The translations under genes and the position numbers were made by a program. DNA of 64,000 nt, taken from the NCBI GenBank assembly GCA_965243135.1, contig OZ251539.1, positions 2,464,001 to 2,528,000 of the forward strand, read 5' to 3'. The DNA comes from Alphaproteobacteria bacterium (GTDB taxonomy: Bacteria; Pseudomonadota; Alphaproteobacteria; MPNO01; UBA830). Under the pieces are notes generated by a model. The model saw only the letters and a list, made by a program, of their open reading frames with translations, ran no database searches and was not told where the DNA came from. Below are positions 1 to 10,471 of the stretch, piece by piece. Position 1 is the first letter of the stretch, and each line of letters starts with the position of its first letter.

Positions 1-545
1 CGGCCGCCGCCGTCGCCACGCGGCAGAATTCCTTCTTCATCGGCGGCGCCCGGGCAATGCAGGCGATTTCGCTGGCCGGTGCCGCAGTCGCCGGTTTCGG
101 GCATCCGGTTTGCCTGTGCCGTGCGAAGCGCACCGAACTCCGTGAAGTCGATTCGCGTTTGTCATGGAGTTCCGGAATCAAGTCGAGCGGCGCCTTCGGG
201 ACGACTTTGCGCGGTTGCAGGGTTCGCCGACGAACGAGGTCTTCGTTCGTCGCAGAGAGCGTGCGGAGCGTTCGAGATCCTCGGCGCCTGCGGCGAGAGA
301 CGCGCCGAAGGAGAGCGGAGCGATCAGCATCCGGAGCCTGGCAGGGATTCCTGGCGAACGCGAACTCCCGGCGGGCGCGTCGCCGACAAGCCGTGCGACG
401 GGGTTCGAAAGATCACGGCGCAGGGCGAGCGGGCCGTCGAGGTCGAGCGTCCAGGCGCACAGGCGGTTGCCGCGGGCGCTTTTCTTGCTGCGTTGCAGCA
501 TCGCAGCTTGACGCGCGCTTTCGAATGGATAGGTTGCGTCGCGTG

Positions 546-1580
546 ATGCTTGAAGTGCAGTTCTCCGCCGAAGGTCGGGCAGGCCGCATCCACCTCAACA
601 AACCGGAATCGCTCAATGCGTTGACGGCGAACATGTGCGTGGAAATTCACCGCCGCCTGAAAGCTTGGGAGACGGACGATTCGGTTCGCGTCGTCGTCGT
701 CACCGCCGAGGGAGCGCGCGCGTTCTGCGCCGGCGGCGACGTTCTCCAGGTCTACCGGACCGGCCTCCAAAGCCCCGCGCGGGCGCGAGAGTTCTTCGTA
801 AAGGAATACCGGATGGACGCGGCGATCGCCGCGTTTCCCAAGCCCTTCGTCAGCCTCGTCGACGGCATCGTAATGGGCGGCGGGCTGGGCGTTTCCGTCA
901 ACGGCCGCTACCGGGTCGTCGGCGAACGAGTCGCGGCGGCCATGCCGGAAACCGGAATCGGCCTCCTGCCCGACGTGGGCGCCACCGTCTTTCTCAATGC
1001 GTGCCCGGGACGCCTCGGCCTCTATCTCGGCCTCACGGGCGACCGGATCGGCGCCGCGGACATGCTGTATGCCGGACTCGCGACGCATTTCGTGACCGGC
1101 GACCGCCATGCGGAGCTTATGGCGGCGCTCGCGCGAGATCCAGACCCCGTCGAAGAAATTCTGGCCCGTTTCTCCGGCGACCCCGGCGAATCCCGCCTGG
1201 CGGCGCGGCGGAACGAAATCGACCGGCTGTTCGACGCCGACGACGTCGAAGAAATTCTCGACAGGCTCGAGGGCGAGAATACGGAATTCGCCGCGGCGAC
1301 GGCCGCCGCCTTCCGGCGCATGTCGCCGACCAGCATGAAGATCACGGCGCGGCAGCTCGCCGCCCACGCCGGCCTGTCGGTAAGGGAAGCGCTCGCGCTG
1401 GAATACCGGATGATATGCCACGTGCTGGAACGCCGCGATTTCTACGAAGGCATCCGCGCGGCGTTGGTCGACAAGGACCGCAACCCGCGCTGGAAGCCGG
1501 TCGCGCTGAGAGACGTGACGCCGGCCGAAGTGGACGCCCATTTCGCGACGCTCGGCGAAGCCGAGCTGTCGTTCGACTGA
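546..1580 (+). CDS. Enoyl-CoA hydratase/isomerase family, 3-hydroxyisobutyryl-CoA hydrolase-like
   Basis: Motifs LNKPESLNAL, AFCAGGD, GIVMGGG, MPETGIGLLPDVG, DFYEGIRAALVDKDRNPRW. Start trimmed to ATG 546 (525 possible); the upstream part of ORF 57..1580 is low-complexity. Confidence 0.9.
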   Translation: MLEVQFSAEGRAGRIHLNKPESLNALTANMCVEIHRRLKAWETDDSVRVVVVTAEGARAFCAGGDVLQVYRTGLQSPARAREFFVKEYRMDAAIAAFPKPFVSLVDGIVMGGGLGVSVNGRYRVVGERVAAAMPETGIGLLPDVGATVFLNACPGRLGLYLGLTGDRIGAADMLYAGLATHFVTGDRHAELMAALARDPDPVEEILARFSGDPGESRLAARRNEIDRLFDADDVEEILDRLEGENTEFAAATAAAFRRMSPTSMKITARQLAAHAGLSVREALALEYRMICHVLERRDFYEGIRAALVDKDRNPRWKPVALRDVTPAEVDAHFATLGEAELSFD

Positions 1581-1610
1581 AACCCGCCCACCGAAAGAAG
1601 GACTTCCGTA

Positions 1611-2387
1611 ATGGCCTACGAATACATCCTCGTCGAAACCCGCGGCCGCGCCGGTCTGATCACGCTGAATCGCCCCGAGGCCCTCAACGCCTTGTGCACG
1701 CCGCTGATCGTGGAACTCGGCGAAGCGCTCGACGCCTTCGAAGCCGACGACGGCATCGGCGCCATCGTGCTGACGGGATCCGAGCGGGCGTTCGCCGCCG
1801 GCGCGGACATCAAGGAAATGAAGGACAAGACCTGGCCCGCCGCCTACATGGAAGACTTCATCACCGACGGCTGGGAACGCATCTCGCATTGCCGCAAGCC
1901 CGTCGTCGCCGCGGTCGCCGGGTTCGCCCTCGGCGGAGGCTGCGAGGTGGCCATGATGTGCGATTTCATCATCGCCGCCGACAACGCGAGATTCGGCCAG
2001 CCCGAGATCAATCTTGCCGTTCCTCCCGGCGCCGGCGGCACCCAGCGCCTCACCCGGTTCGTCGGCAAGTCGAAGGCGATGGAGATGTGCCTGACCGGAC
2101 GCTTCATGGACGCGGAAGAAGCCGAGCGCGCGGGCCTCGTCTCGCGGGTCGTGCCGGCGGCCGACTTGCTCGACGAAGCTCTCAAGGCGGCGGAAACCAT
2201 CGCTTCGAAGTCCCTGCCTTGCGCCATGATAATCAAGGAATCCGTCAACCGCGCCTACGAGACGACGCTCGCCGAAGGCATCCGCTTCGAACGGCGAATG
2301 TTCCACGCCGCGTTCGCGACCGCCGACCAGAAGGAAGGCATGGCCGCGTTCGCCGAAAAGCGCAAGCCGGAGTTCAGCCATTCCTGA
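1611..2387 (+). CDS. Enoyl-CoA hydratase (crotonase)
   Basis: [44 protein letters not shown]; RBS-like AAGGA upstream. Confidence 0.95.
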   Translation: MAYEYILVETRGRAGLITLNRPEALNALCTPLIVELGEALDAFEADDGIGAIVLTGSERAFAAGADIKEMKDKTWPAAYMEDFITDGWERISHCRKPVVAAVAGFALGGGCEVAMMCDFIIAADNARFGQPEINLAVPPGAGGTQRLTRFVGKSKAMEMCLTGRFMDAEEAERAGLVSRVVPAADLLDEALKAAETIASKSLPCAMIIKESVNRAYETTLAEGIRFERRMFHAAFATADQKEGMAAFAEKRKPEFSHS

Positions 2388-2460
2388 AGACTCGGCGGGC
2401 CGGTTGGCCGTCGCGGGCGGAACGGCGTAAACTCGGCCTCGCAATATCCGGAGCGACGCC

Positions 2461-3477
2461 GTGGAGACGGTCGCCTACGCCGCATCGGTAGGGCACTCGG
2501 TCTGGTTCTCCTACGACCTCGGGGAAACGTGGAATCGCGCCCACACCGAAACCGGCGGGATTTACAACGAGTCCCGGTGCTGGTGCGTTTCGACCCACCC
2601 GGCGCGTCCGGGCGCCGCGCTGGCCGGCACCGACCTGGGCGTCTACCGCTGGGACCGCGAAGCGGCCCGCTGGAACCACCTGCCCTCTCCCATGGACGGG
2701 TTGCACATCCTGCAGATCGCGCAGCATCCGGACGACCCCGACTTCGTCGTCGCCGGAACGCGGCCGGCGGCGATCTTCGTGTCCGAAGACGGCTGCCGCT
2801 CCTGGTTCAGGGCGCCGCTGGGCAACGCCTCCGAATGCGAGTTCATCAACACGCCCCGCGTCACCTCCGTCCAGTTCGATCCGCGGCGGCCCGACGCCGT
2901 ATGGGCGACCATCGAGATCGACGCGATCTGGCGATCCCGCGACCGGGGCCGCAGCTGGGAGCGGCTGGGCCGCGGCCTCCGCACCGACGATACGCACAAT
3001 CTCGTCATCGTCGACGACGACGGCCCGCGGCGCGTGCTGTGCTCGACCGAACTCGGACTGCACCGCTCCGACGACGACGGCGAAACCTGGAGTTTCGTGG
3101 ACGTCCCGGAGGCGCCCTGGCCTTATTTCCGCTGCATGGCGCGGCGGCCGGACGACAGCGGAGTCGTCTTCCTTTCGGTCGGCGACCGGCCCTCGGGCGA
3201 AACCGGCCTGCTGCTGCGCAGCCGGGACCGGGGCGAAACCTGGGAGGACGCCGGATTGCCGACTCCGGTGAACTCGACGATCTGGTCGATCGGCGTGAAC
3301 GCCGCCGACCCGATGCTGATCTATTGCTGTACGATCATGGGCCAGATATTCCGTTCCATGGACGGCGGCGAAACGTGGCGCAAGATGGCGCGGGAGCTCG
3401 GCGAGTTGCGCATGATCGCGTGGGCGCCCGGCGCGGCGCGCGCCCCCGGACCCGCCGCAAGGGAGCGAATCCGATGA
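2461..3477 (+). CDS. BNR/Asp-box repeat beta-propeller protein (WD40/YVTN-like)
   Basis: Repeated S-x-D-x-G-x-T/S-W boxes (SYDLGETW, SEDGCRSW, SRDRGRSW, SDDDGETW, SRDRGETW, SMDGGETW); no signal peptide. Confidence 0.85.
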   Translation: METVAYAASVGHSVWFSYDLGETWNRAHTETGGIYNESRCWCVSTHPARPGAALAGTDLGVYRWDREAARWNHLPSPMDGLHILQIAQHPDDPDFVVAGTRPAAIFVSEDGCRSWFRAPLGNASECEFINTPRVTSVQFDPRRPDAVWATIEIDAIWRSRDRGRSWERLGRGLRTDDTHNLVIVDDDGPRRVLCSTELGLHRSDDDGETWSFVDVPEAPWPYFRCMARRPDDSGVVFLSVGDRPSGETGLLLRSRDRGETWEDAGLPTPVNSTIWSIGVNAADPMLIYCCTIMGQIFRSMDGGETWRKMARELGELRMIAWAPGAARAPGPAARERIR

Positions 3478-4154
3478 ACGAATTCCGCATGCCGCAACAG
3501 GTCATCGACCGGGTCATGGAAAAGCGCGGACGCCTGAACGTGTTCGAGTCCTTCGATCCGGCGAAGACCGCCTTTCTCGTCATCGACATGCAGAACTTCT
3601 TCGTCGAAGGCGTCCAGCCCTGCCTCGACATCGTTCCCGCCATCAACCGCCTCGCCGCCGCGCTGCGAGGCGCCGGCGGCCTCGCGGTCTGGGTTTCGCT
3701 GACGGTCGCCGAAACCCCCGGCGGCCCCAGCCTCTGGCCGCTCTACCACGAGCATTTCTTCACAGACCGGAAGATGCAGGCCCACAAGGACGGGCTGACG
3801 CGGGGAAGCGCGGGCCACGCCCTGCATCCCGGCCTGGACGTCCGGGAAGGAGACCTGTTCTGCGAAAAAACCCGCTTCAGCGCGCTCGTGCAGGGATCTT
3901 CCGACCTCCACGAACGCCTCCAGGAACGCGGAATCGAAAACCTTCTCGTCGGCGGAACGCTGACCAACATGTGCTGCGAGTCGACGGCGCGCGACGGAAT
4001 GATGATCGGCTATCGCGCGATCATGGTGGAAGACTGCAACGCCTCCAGAAACCCCGAAGAGCATCTCGCGGGCCTCACCTCGGTCTACCAGAGCTTCGGC
4101 GACGTCAGGTCGGCGGACGACGTCATCCGCAACGTGCTCGCGATCGACGGCTGA
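3474..4154 (+). CDS. Isochorismatase-family cysteine hydrolase
   Basis: FLVIDMQNFF, EKTRFSA, GTLTNMCCESTARD; ATGA overlap with the upstream stop. Confidence 0.9.
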   Translation: MNEFRMPQQVIDRVMEKRGRLNVFESFDPAKTAFLVIDMQNFFVEGVQPCLDIVPAINRLAAALRGAGGLAVWVSLTVAETPGGPSLWPLYHEHFFTDRKMQAHKDGLTRGSAGHALHPGLDVREGDLFCEKTRFSALVQGSSDLHERLQERGIENLLVGGTLTNMCCESTARDGMMIGYRAIMVEDCNASRNPEEHLAGLTSVYQSFGDVRSADDVIRNVLAIDG

Positions 4155-4320
4155 TGCGCCGGAGCGGAACGACCTGCGTCGTCGGTCGGGGAGGAGCCCC
4201 GAAAGGCTCGCGCTTCCTGCCGTCCGGCGCCGCGCCGCGGACGCCGCTGCCGGCCTCGCCGGGCCGGGAAGGAGGCGTTTTCGTTCCGGCCGGCAAGGGA
4301 ACCGCGGCGGAGGTCGCCCC

Positions 4321-4977
4321 ATGACGACGAACGGCATCGTCGCCCGGCTCGCGAAACTCGACACGCCGGCGGTCTCCGACGCGCTCGACCTGCTCGAGCT
4401 TCCGGGCCGGGTCACCGGGCTCTTGCGCCTTTCCTCCGAAAGGCGCGTCGCCGGCAGGGCGCTGACCGTCAAGCTGGGCGCGAACGCGCCCAGGCAGGGA
4501 CCGCTTCGCCATCTCTGCACGGCGGCGGTCGAGGCCGGCGGCCCGGGAGACGTCATCGTGATCGAGCAGCGGACTGGCATCGAAGCGGCGGGATGGGGCG
4601 GCATTCTTTCCAACGGCGCCAGGCTGCGCGGCATAGAGGGCGTGATCTGCGACGGACCGGTACGGGACGTCGACGAAAGCCGAACGCTCGATTTCCCGGT
4701 ATTCGCGCGGCGGGCGATCCCGACCTCGGCCCGAAAGCGAATCGTCGAGCGTGCGTTCAACGAACCCGTCGCGATCGGCGACGTCACCGTGTCCGCCGGC
4801 GATTTCGCGCTGGCCGACGGGTCGGGCGTATGCTTCCTCGAAGCCGCCCGTGCGGAGGAAATTCTCGACGCCGCGGAGACGATCGCCCGCCGCGAAGCGG
4901 CGATGACGAAAGCGGTCCTGGCGGGCGAGCCGATCGGCCGGGTGATGGGCGCCGATTACGAGAAGATGCTCGACTAA
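4321..4977 (+). CDS. RraA / HMG-aldolase family protein
   Basis: DTPAVSDALD, AGWGGILS, GVICDGPVRDVDE, ADGSGVCF. Confidence 0.9.
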   Translation: MTTNGIVARLAKLDTPAVSDALDLLELPGRVTGLLRLSSERRVAGRALTVKLGANAPRQGPLRHLCTAAVEAGGPGDVIVIEQRTGIEAAGWGGILSNGARLRGIEGVICDGPVRDVDESRTLDFPVFARRAIPTSARKRIVERAFNEPVAIGDVTVSAGDFALADGSGVCFLEAARAEEILDAAETIARREAAMTKAVLAGEPIGRVMGADYEKMLD

Positions 4978-5864
4978 ACCTGCCGGCCCGCTCCGCGGGA
5001 ACGGAGAAGGCCCGCGAAAGCTCCCCGGACGCCGCACCGCAAGAAATCCGCCCTTGCCGGCGCGACCCGCGCCGCGAGCGGGTCGCCCGCCCGGAGAAGC
5101 GCGATCAGGCGGTCGGCCAGCCGCGCGACGACGGCCGCTTCCATGGAAAGACGGGTGCCGCGCAGCCGGAACGGCAACGTTCGCGCGCGGGCCATCAACT
5201 CCTCGCAGCCGTCCAGACATTGATCGATCGCCCCGCGCAACTGCAGCGACGCGGAGTCGCGGCCGAGATCGGAGACGGCGGCGCCCTGCGCCCGCATCCA
5301 GTCGCCCGGCAAATAGACGCGGTCCAGCTCCAGATAGTCGCGCCCGAGATCCTGCAGATGGTTGAGCACCTGCAACGCGTCGCACAGCGGATCGGAATGA
5401 CGGCGCAACGCCGAATCCTCGCCGTGAAGATCGAGCAGGAACCTTCCGACGGGCGAGGCGGACAAGGCGCAGTAGCCCATGAGATCGTCCCAGCTGGCGT
5501 ATCTCGATTTGACCGTGTCCTGCCTGAAGGCGCGAACGAGGTCGAGGGCGTGGCGCACGGGCACGCCCGTCGCTTCCGCGCTTCGCCGATGCGCGAGGGC
5601 CTCCGGGGGGCCGTCCTCGAGCTCGCCGGCGAGCGTCCGTTCGAACAGATCGAGACGGGCGGCCTTTTCGCCGGGATCGAGGTTCGCGTCGTCGGCGACG
5701 TCGTCCGCCGCCCGCGCGAGCGCGTAGAACGCGGCGACGTGCGGTCGCGTCTTCGCCGGCAGCAGAAACGATCCGACCGGAAAATTCTCGTCGGACGCCG
5801 TCTTGCCTTTTCGACGGAGGAAACCGGGCCGTCCGCTCGCCGACTCGCCGCGACCTTCATCCAT
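4974..5864 (-). CDS. hpnC: Squalene/phytoene synthase family, HpnC-like
   Basis: DENFPVGSFLLP, YALARAADDVAD, YCALSASPVGRFLL, LQVLNHLQD, DRVYLP. Confidence 0.85.
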   Translation of the reverse strand: MDEGRGESASGRPGFLRRKGKTASDENFPVGSFLLPAKTRPHVAAFYALARAADDVADDANLDPGEKAARLDLFERTLAGELEDGPPEALAHRRSAEATGVPVRHALDLVRAFRQDTVKSRYASWDDLMGYCALSASPVGRFLLDLHGEDSALRRHSDPLCDALQVLNHLQDLGRDYLELDRVYLPGDWMRAQGAAVSDLGRDSASLQLRGAIDQCLDGCEELMARARTLPFRLRGTRLSMEAAVVARLADRLIALLRAGDPLAARVAPARADFLRCGVRGAFAGLLRSRGAGRQV

Positions 5865-6603
5865 CGGCCACGAGTCCCCAGACGAGCTTGACCTCCATCG
5901 CGCCGATAACGCCGAGAATGACGTAGTTGAAGACGCGGACGCTGATCCGCCGCGCCAAACGCATGCCGAGCGGGGTGAAGATCAGGACGGGAATGACAGC
6001 GAGGGCGCCCTGCATCGCTCTCTCGCCGTCGTACAGCCCGGCCGCGCCGACGGTCAGAAGATGCGTCACGGATACCGAGGCGAAGAGCAGCGAGGTGGCC
6101 AGGACGTAGGTCTCCTTCGCGAAGCCCAAGGCATGCCCCCAGGTGGCGATGAACGGGCCGGAGAATCCCGTCGCGCCCTGACTGATTCCGGCGGCGCAAG
6201 CGATCAAGGGAGACGCGATCCTCGCTCCCCTGCCCTCCGCCCGGATCGTGAGGCCGAACGCCGTGGTCAGGAGAAAGACCGCGATCCATGCCGCGAGAAC
6301 GATGGTCAACGCGCGCCTGTCGATATTGGCGAGCACCCACGTGCCCGCCGCCACGCCGGCCGCGGCGACCGCGAACGGCAACCAGATCCTCGGCACCTGC
6401 CGTATCCGGTCCCGCTGCAGCCAGACGATCAGAATGTTGGCGAACGCGACCGGAATCGTCGCGACCACGATCGCGTGCTCGACGTCGAAGAACGCCGAAA
6501 GGATGGCGATGGCGACCGGCGGAAGGCCGAGCCCGGTCAATCCCTTGGCGAAGGCGCCTGCCGCGAGGGCGGCGCATATGATCGCGACGGCTTCCGGCGT
6601 CAC
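5857..6603 (-). CDS. TauE/SafE family sulfite/sulfonate exporter
   Basis: Hydrophobic C-terminal part of ORF 5857..7365 from GTG 6603 (AGAFAKGLTGLGLP; AGISQGATGFSGP); overlaps the upstream stop. Confidence 0.8.
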   Translation of the reverse strand: MTPEAVAIICAALAAGAFAKGLTGLGLPPVAIAILSAFFDVEHAIVVATIPVAFANILIVWLQRDRIRQVPRIWLPFAVAAAGVAAGTWVLANIDRRALTIVLAAWIAVFLLTTAFGLTIRAEGRGARIASPLIACAAGISQGATGFSGPFIATWGHALGFAKETYVLATSLLFASVSVTHLLTVGAAGLYDGERAMQGALAVIPVLIFTPLGMRLARRISVRVFNYVILGVIGAMEVKLVWGLVADG

Positions 6604-7343
6604 CGCAGCAGGCCTTCGTAGACGAGCTTGATCTCCATCAGCGCGATCACCGCGACGACGGCGCCGTTGAACGCCTTCAGGCTGACCATGCCCATCGCCT
6701 TCATGCCGAGATGCTGGAACAGGAACAGCGGCGCCAGGGCGAGAAGGCCTTCGAACGTGCGCTGCCACGTGAACATGCCGAAGGACAGCATCGCGGCGAC
6801 CTGCACGAAGTTGAAAAGCCCGAAGACAAGGCCGTTGTAGTAGACGAATCCTTCCTTCCTGAAGCGAAACGCGAGTATCACGGCCGAGAAAAGCGGTCCC
6901 GACACCCCCGTCGCCCCCTGCGCAAATCCGCCGATCAGACCGGCGGCGGGCGGAATCACGCGCCCGGCCGTTCCGGTCAGCCGGAACGGCCGGCTCGCCA
7001 GCAGCACGAGAAACGCGGCGACCACGGCGGCCAACAGCAGGATGATCGTCCGGTTGTCCGCGATTTCGAGAAACCACACGCCGACGACGGTCATGACCAC
7101 GGCGGGAACGATCATGTCGTAGCGCAACGGCACTTCCCGCGCCTGCTTCCGGTTGCTCCAGACCAGCCAGGCGTTGGACACGAGGCCCGGTATCTGCATC
7201 ACCACGATCGCATGCTCGGCGCCGACGAAGGCCGCCATGAACGGGACCGCCACCAGCGGCAGCCCCATGCCGGTCAGGCCCTTTACGAACGCGCCGACCG
7301 CGAGGCCGAAAAGGATGATGCCGAGCGAATGGAAGTCGACCAA
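6600..7343 (-). CDS. TauE/SafE family exporter (second, tandem)
   Basis: GAFVKGLTGMGLPLVAVP; GGFAQGATGVSGP; multiple TM segments. Confidence 0.85.
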   Translation of the reverse strand: MVDFHSLGIILFGLAVGAFVKGLTGMGLPLVAVPFMAAFVGAEHAIVVMQIPGLVSNAWLVWSNRKQAREVPLRYDMIVPAVVMTVVGVWFLEIADNRTIILLLAAVVAAFLVLLASRPFRLTGTAGRVIPPAAGLIGGFAQGATGVSGPLFSAVILAFRFRKEGFVYYNGLVFGLFNFVQVAAMLSFGMFTWQRTFEGLLALAPLFLFQHLGMKAMGMVSLKAFNGAVVAVIALMEIKLVYEGLLR

Positions 7344-7361
7344 CGAAACGGCCGCCCCCGT

Positions 7362-8282
7362 TCAAAGGCCGTCGGCAACCTCGACGCCCTCGGCTTCGAG
7401 CTGCAGGCCGGACGCCGCCGCCTGCAGCGACAGCAGCGCCGCGAAGTCCTGGTCCGCGTATCCGTGACCGATCAGGGACTGGACGATCTCCCGCGCGGCC
7501 GCCGTCACCGGCATGGGAACGCCGCGGTCGCGGGCGGCCGACAGGCCGAGATCGAGATCCTTGAGCAGGAGCTTCGGCGTGAAGGTGACCGAATAGTCGA
7601 GATTCACCAGCGCGGGCGTCTTGTATCTGGAAAACATGGATCCCATGACGCTGTTGTTGAGAAAGTCGAGAAACGCATGCCGCGGCACGCCCGACTTCTC
7701 GGCGAGAGCGGTGATCTCCACCATGTTCTGGATCACGACGCCGAGAAACGCGTTGTGGCAGATCTTGATGAATCGGGCGAGTTCGCCCTCTCCGACCCAG
7801 GACGATCCCCGCCCCATCGCGTCGAGCCAGGGCGCGACCTTGTCGTAGGCCCGGCGAGGCCCGGAAACCACGAAAGCGAGCTTCCCCGCCTTGACGACCT
7901 TGGCGTTGCCGGAAACCGGCGCGGCCAGCATGTCCACGCCCATTCCGGCCGCCGCCTCGCGCACCCGGGCCGACGCTTCCTCGTCGATGGACGTGGAATC
8001 CACGAGAACGCCGGGCTTCGCGTCCCGCGTCAGGACGCCGTTCTCGCCGAGAGTGACCTGCACGAAATCGTCCGGGCCGCCCACCATGGTGAACACGACG
8101 TCCCGGTCGGCCAGGTCGGCGGGGCTATCGACGACCGTCGCGCCGTCGCCGGCCAACGGTTCGGCCTTGGACCGCGTGCGGTTCCATACCGACACGTCGG
8201 CGCCGCCCTGAAGCAGCCGCCGCGCCATGGCGAAACCCATGCGCCCGGTTCCGATCCATCCGATGCTGCATCGTTCCGCCAT
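7362..8282 (-). CDS. NAD(P)-dependent beta-hydroxyacid dehydrogenase (3-hydroxyisobutyrate dehydrogenase family)
   Basis: IGWIGTGRMG, WNRTRSKA, APVSGN, KICHN, LLKDLDLGL; start ATG 8282. Confidence 0.9.
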   Translation of the reverse strand: MAERCSIGWIGTGRMGFAMARRLLQGGADVSVWNRTRSKAEPLAGDGATVVDSPADLADRDVVFTMVGGPDDFVQVTLGENGVLTRDAKPGVLVDSTSIDEEASARVREAAAGMGVDMLAAPVSGNAKVVKAGKLAFVVSGPRRAYDKVAPWLDAMGRGSSWVGEGELARFIKICHNAFLGVVIQNMVEITALAEKSGVPRHAFLDFLNNSVMGSMFSRYKTPALVNLDYSVTFTPKLLLKDLDLGLSAARDRGVPMPVTAAAREIVQSLIGHGYADQDFAALLSLQAAASGLQLEAEGVEVADGL

Positions 8283-8405
8283 CTTCCGAATCCTTCGAGT
8301 TCGAGACCGCTCCGCTTGCGGACGCTCATCGCTTACTGCAACGATGCGCCGATGACAAGAAGCGCCGCGCGCCCGCGGCGCTCCGGAACGCGCCAGGAGA
8401 ACAAG

Positions 8406-9167
8406 ATGCCGGACCTCGCCCTCTACAACTTCCCGCAATCGACCTGCAGCCAGAAGGTGCGCCTCGCGCTTTGGGAAAAGAAGATCCCGTACGAAGACCG
8501 CATCGTCGATCACAGGAGGCGCGAGCAGCTGCAGGACTGGTACCTGAAACTCAATCCCAACGGGGTCGTGCCGACGATAACCCACGGCGCCGCCGTGGTC
8601 GTCGACTCGTCGGTCATCATGGAATATCTCGACGAAGTCTTCCCCGACGTCCCCATGACGCCGCGGGATCCGGTGGAACGGGCCCACATGCGCAAATGGC
8701 TGCGCTACCTCGAGGAAGTGCCGACGCCCGCGATCCGCGTGCCGTCCTTCAACAACTATCTCGCGAAGCGCTACGAAGGAATGTCGGATGACGCCTACAG
8801 GCGGATGGCCGACAGCCATCCGGTGCGCAAGCACTTCTACAGGCGCCTCAACAAGACCGCCTTCGGTCCCGAGGAGACCGACGAAGCGACGGACCGGCTC
8901 GATTCGGCGGCGCAGCGGTTCGACGCCGCGCTCGCCGCCCACGGCGGAGACTGGATCATGGGAGACGGGATCACGATCGCCGATGCGGCCTATCTGCCGA
9001 CCGTCGACCGCATGTACGACCTCGGCCTCGGAGGGCTCGTCGACCGCCGGCCCGCGCTGGCCGCATGGTACCGGCGTTACCGGGCGCGCGAAGCGTTCCG
9101 GAGAACCTTCTACGACGGCACCCGGCTGTCGGAGATCTTCGGCGCGCCGTCCGCGCCCGGCTCGTGA
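8406..9167 (+). CDS. Glutathione S-transferase family protein
   Basis: STCSQKVRLAL, YLKLNPNGVVPT, DSSVIMEYLDE, ITIAD; AGGAG RBS before ATG 8406. Confidence 0.92.
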   Translation: MPDLALYNFPQSTCSQKVRLALWEKKIPYEDRIVDHRRREQLQDWYLKLNPNGVVPTITHGAAVVVDSSVIMEYLDEVFPDVPMTPRDPVERAHMRKWLRYLEEVPTPAIRVPSFNNYLAKRYEGMSDDAYRRMADSHPVRKHFYRRLNKTAFGPEETDEATDRLDSAAQRFDAALAAHGGDWIMGDGITIADAAYLPTVDRMYDLGLGGLVDRRPALAAWYRRYRAREAFRRTFYDGTRLSEIFGAPSAPGS

Positions 9168-9181
9168 TCCGGCCCGCGCGT

Positions 9182-10171
9182 TCAGCCTTCGCCGACCTCT
9201 TCGAACAGTTCCTCCACCGGAAAGGTCTCGGCAATGAAGCCCTGCTGGCGCAGGTATTTGACGAAGGCCTCGAGAGTCGGGCGATTCTTCTCGACCCCGT
9301 AAGGCCAGGGATCGCCGCCGAACAGCTCGTCGATTTCGCGCAGGTCGTCGAACAGCCACGGCAGCATGTAACGCTGGGCCCCGGAAAAGCGCATCCGCTC
9401 CGCCGCCCAGTCCCTGGCGGCGACGAAACCCTTGAACAGGCTCCGCGCGATCCACCGATGCCTGCGAAACAGTTCGCGGCGGATGACGACGAGGTGCATG
9501 ATGGGATGGATGCGGGTTTCGGCGTAATACCGCTTCTCCTCGCCGCGGAAATCCGGCCAGAGATGCGCGACCCTGTCGGGACGCTCGCGCGCCGAATCGG
9601 GCATCCGCGACCCGAGCGTCGCGTCGATTTCGCCGTCCGCCAGCATGTCCGACAGCGACTTGCCGGACAGGTTCGGCGCTACGTCGACGGGACGCAGCAG
9701 CTTCGGAGGCGACGGCGGATTGCCGTGGCCGCCGGGCTTTTCCATGGCGCCCTGGAGCCAGCGGACGCCCGACAGATCGACGCCGTAATGATTTTCCAGA
9801 TCGCCGCGTATCCACACGGCGGCCGACTGCGTGTAGAGCGGCGTGCCGATGCGCCGGCCAACGAGGTCTCCCGGTTCGCGGATGCCGGCGCCGCGGTTGA
9901 CGCAGACGAACGCATGGCGAAACGCCCGCGACGGAAACACGGGAATGGCGACGAACGGGCAGTCCCCCCTCGCCTTCATCGCGACGTATTCCGCGATCGA
10001 CATTTCGGACAGATCGAATTCCTGCCCGCCGACCATGCGATCGAAGATTTCGCGCGGCGCCTGTATCTCGAGGAAGTTGAGATCGATTCCCTCGACGTCC
10101 ACGATGCCGTACTTGAGGGCTTCCATGCGGTCGTACGGACCGCAGGCGAAGGTCAGCTGCAGTTTCGACAT
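9182..10171 (-). CDS. 4,5-dihydroxyphthalate decarboxylase-like / periplasmic-binding-fold protein
   Basis: LTFACGPYDRMEAL, EFDLSEMS, AIPVFPSRAFRH, IHPIMHLVVIR, DPWPYGVEKNR. Confidence 0.8.
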   Translation of the reverse strand: MSKLQLTFACGPYDRMEALKYGIVDVEGIDLNFLEIQAPREIFDRMVGGQEFDLSEMSIAEYVAMKARGDCPFVAIPVFPSRAFRHAFVCVNRGAGIREPGDLVGRRIGTPLYTQSAAVWIRGDLENHYGVDLSGVRWLQGAMEKPGGHGNPPSPPKLLRPVDVAPNLSGKSLSDMLADGEIDATLGSRMPDSARERPDRVAHLWPDFRGEEKRYYAETRIHPIMHLVVIRRELFRRHRWIARSLFKGFVAARDWAAERMRFSGAQRYMLPWLFDDLREIDELFGGDPWPYGVEKNRPTLEAFVKYLRQQGFIAETFPVEELFEEVGEG

Positions 10172-10471
10172 CGTTTCCCCGCTCCCGGTCGCCCGCCCGC
10201 CTGCGCTTTACGGCGAGCCGGGGTTCGTTCCGGCCTCGCGCGTTCCCAAAGGTTCGGCGTCGTCCGCCAGCGCCGCGCGATCGGGCGTTCGCGCCGCCGC
10301 GAGTTGCACATGCTTCCAAACAGTCCGCATTCAGGGTTCTCCGGCCGGTGCCTGCAGTATAGCATTGCCGACGCGGCCCTGCCCGGCTGTCCGCCGGCCG
10401 ATCCAGGCCGCGACGCCGCTCGGCCCCGGCGCGGGGCGAGCGCAGCGCAACGCGAACGACGCGCCGGGCAG

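Noticed and set aside
1-40. Possible start of a minus-strand gene (MKKEFCRVATAAA) running off the left edge
   Set aside because: Only 13 codons are visible; not enough to support a call.
57-545. N-terminal extension of ORF 57..1580
   Set aside because: Arg/Ser-rich low-complexity translation; crotonase similarity only starts near 546.
7362-10319. Apparent large fusion ORFs (7362..10319, 6711..9167, 10537..12837, 34024..36411)
   Set aside because: Only the C-terminal parts match real families; the upstream parts are off-frame read-through over neighbouring genes.
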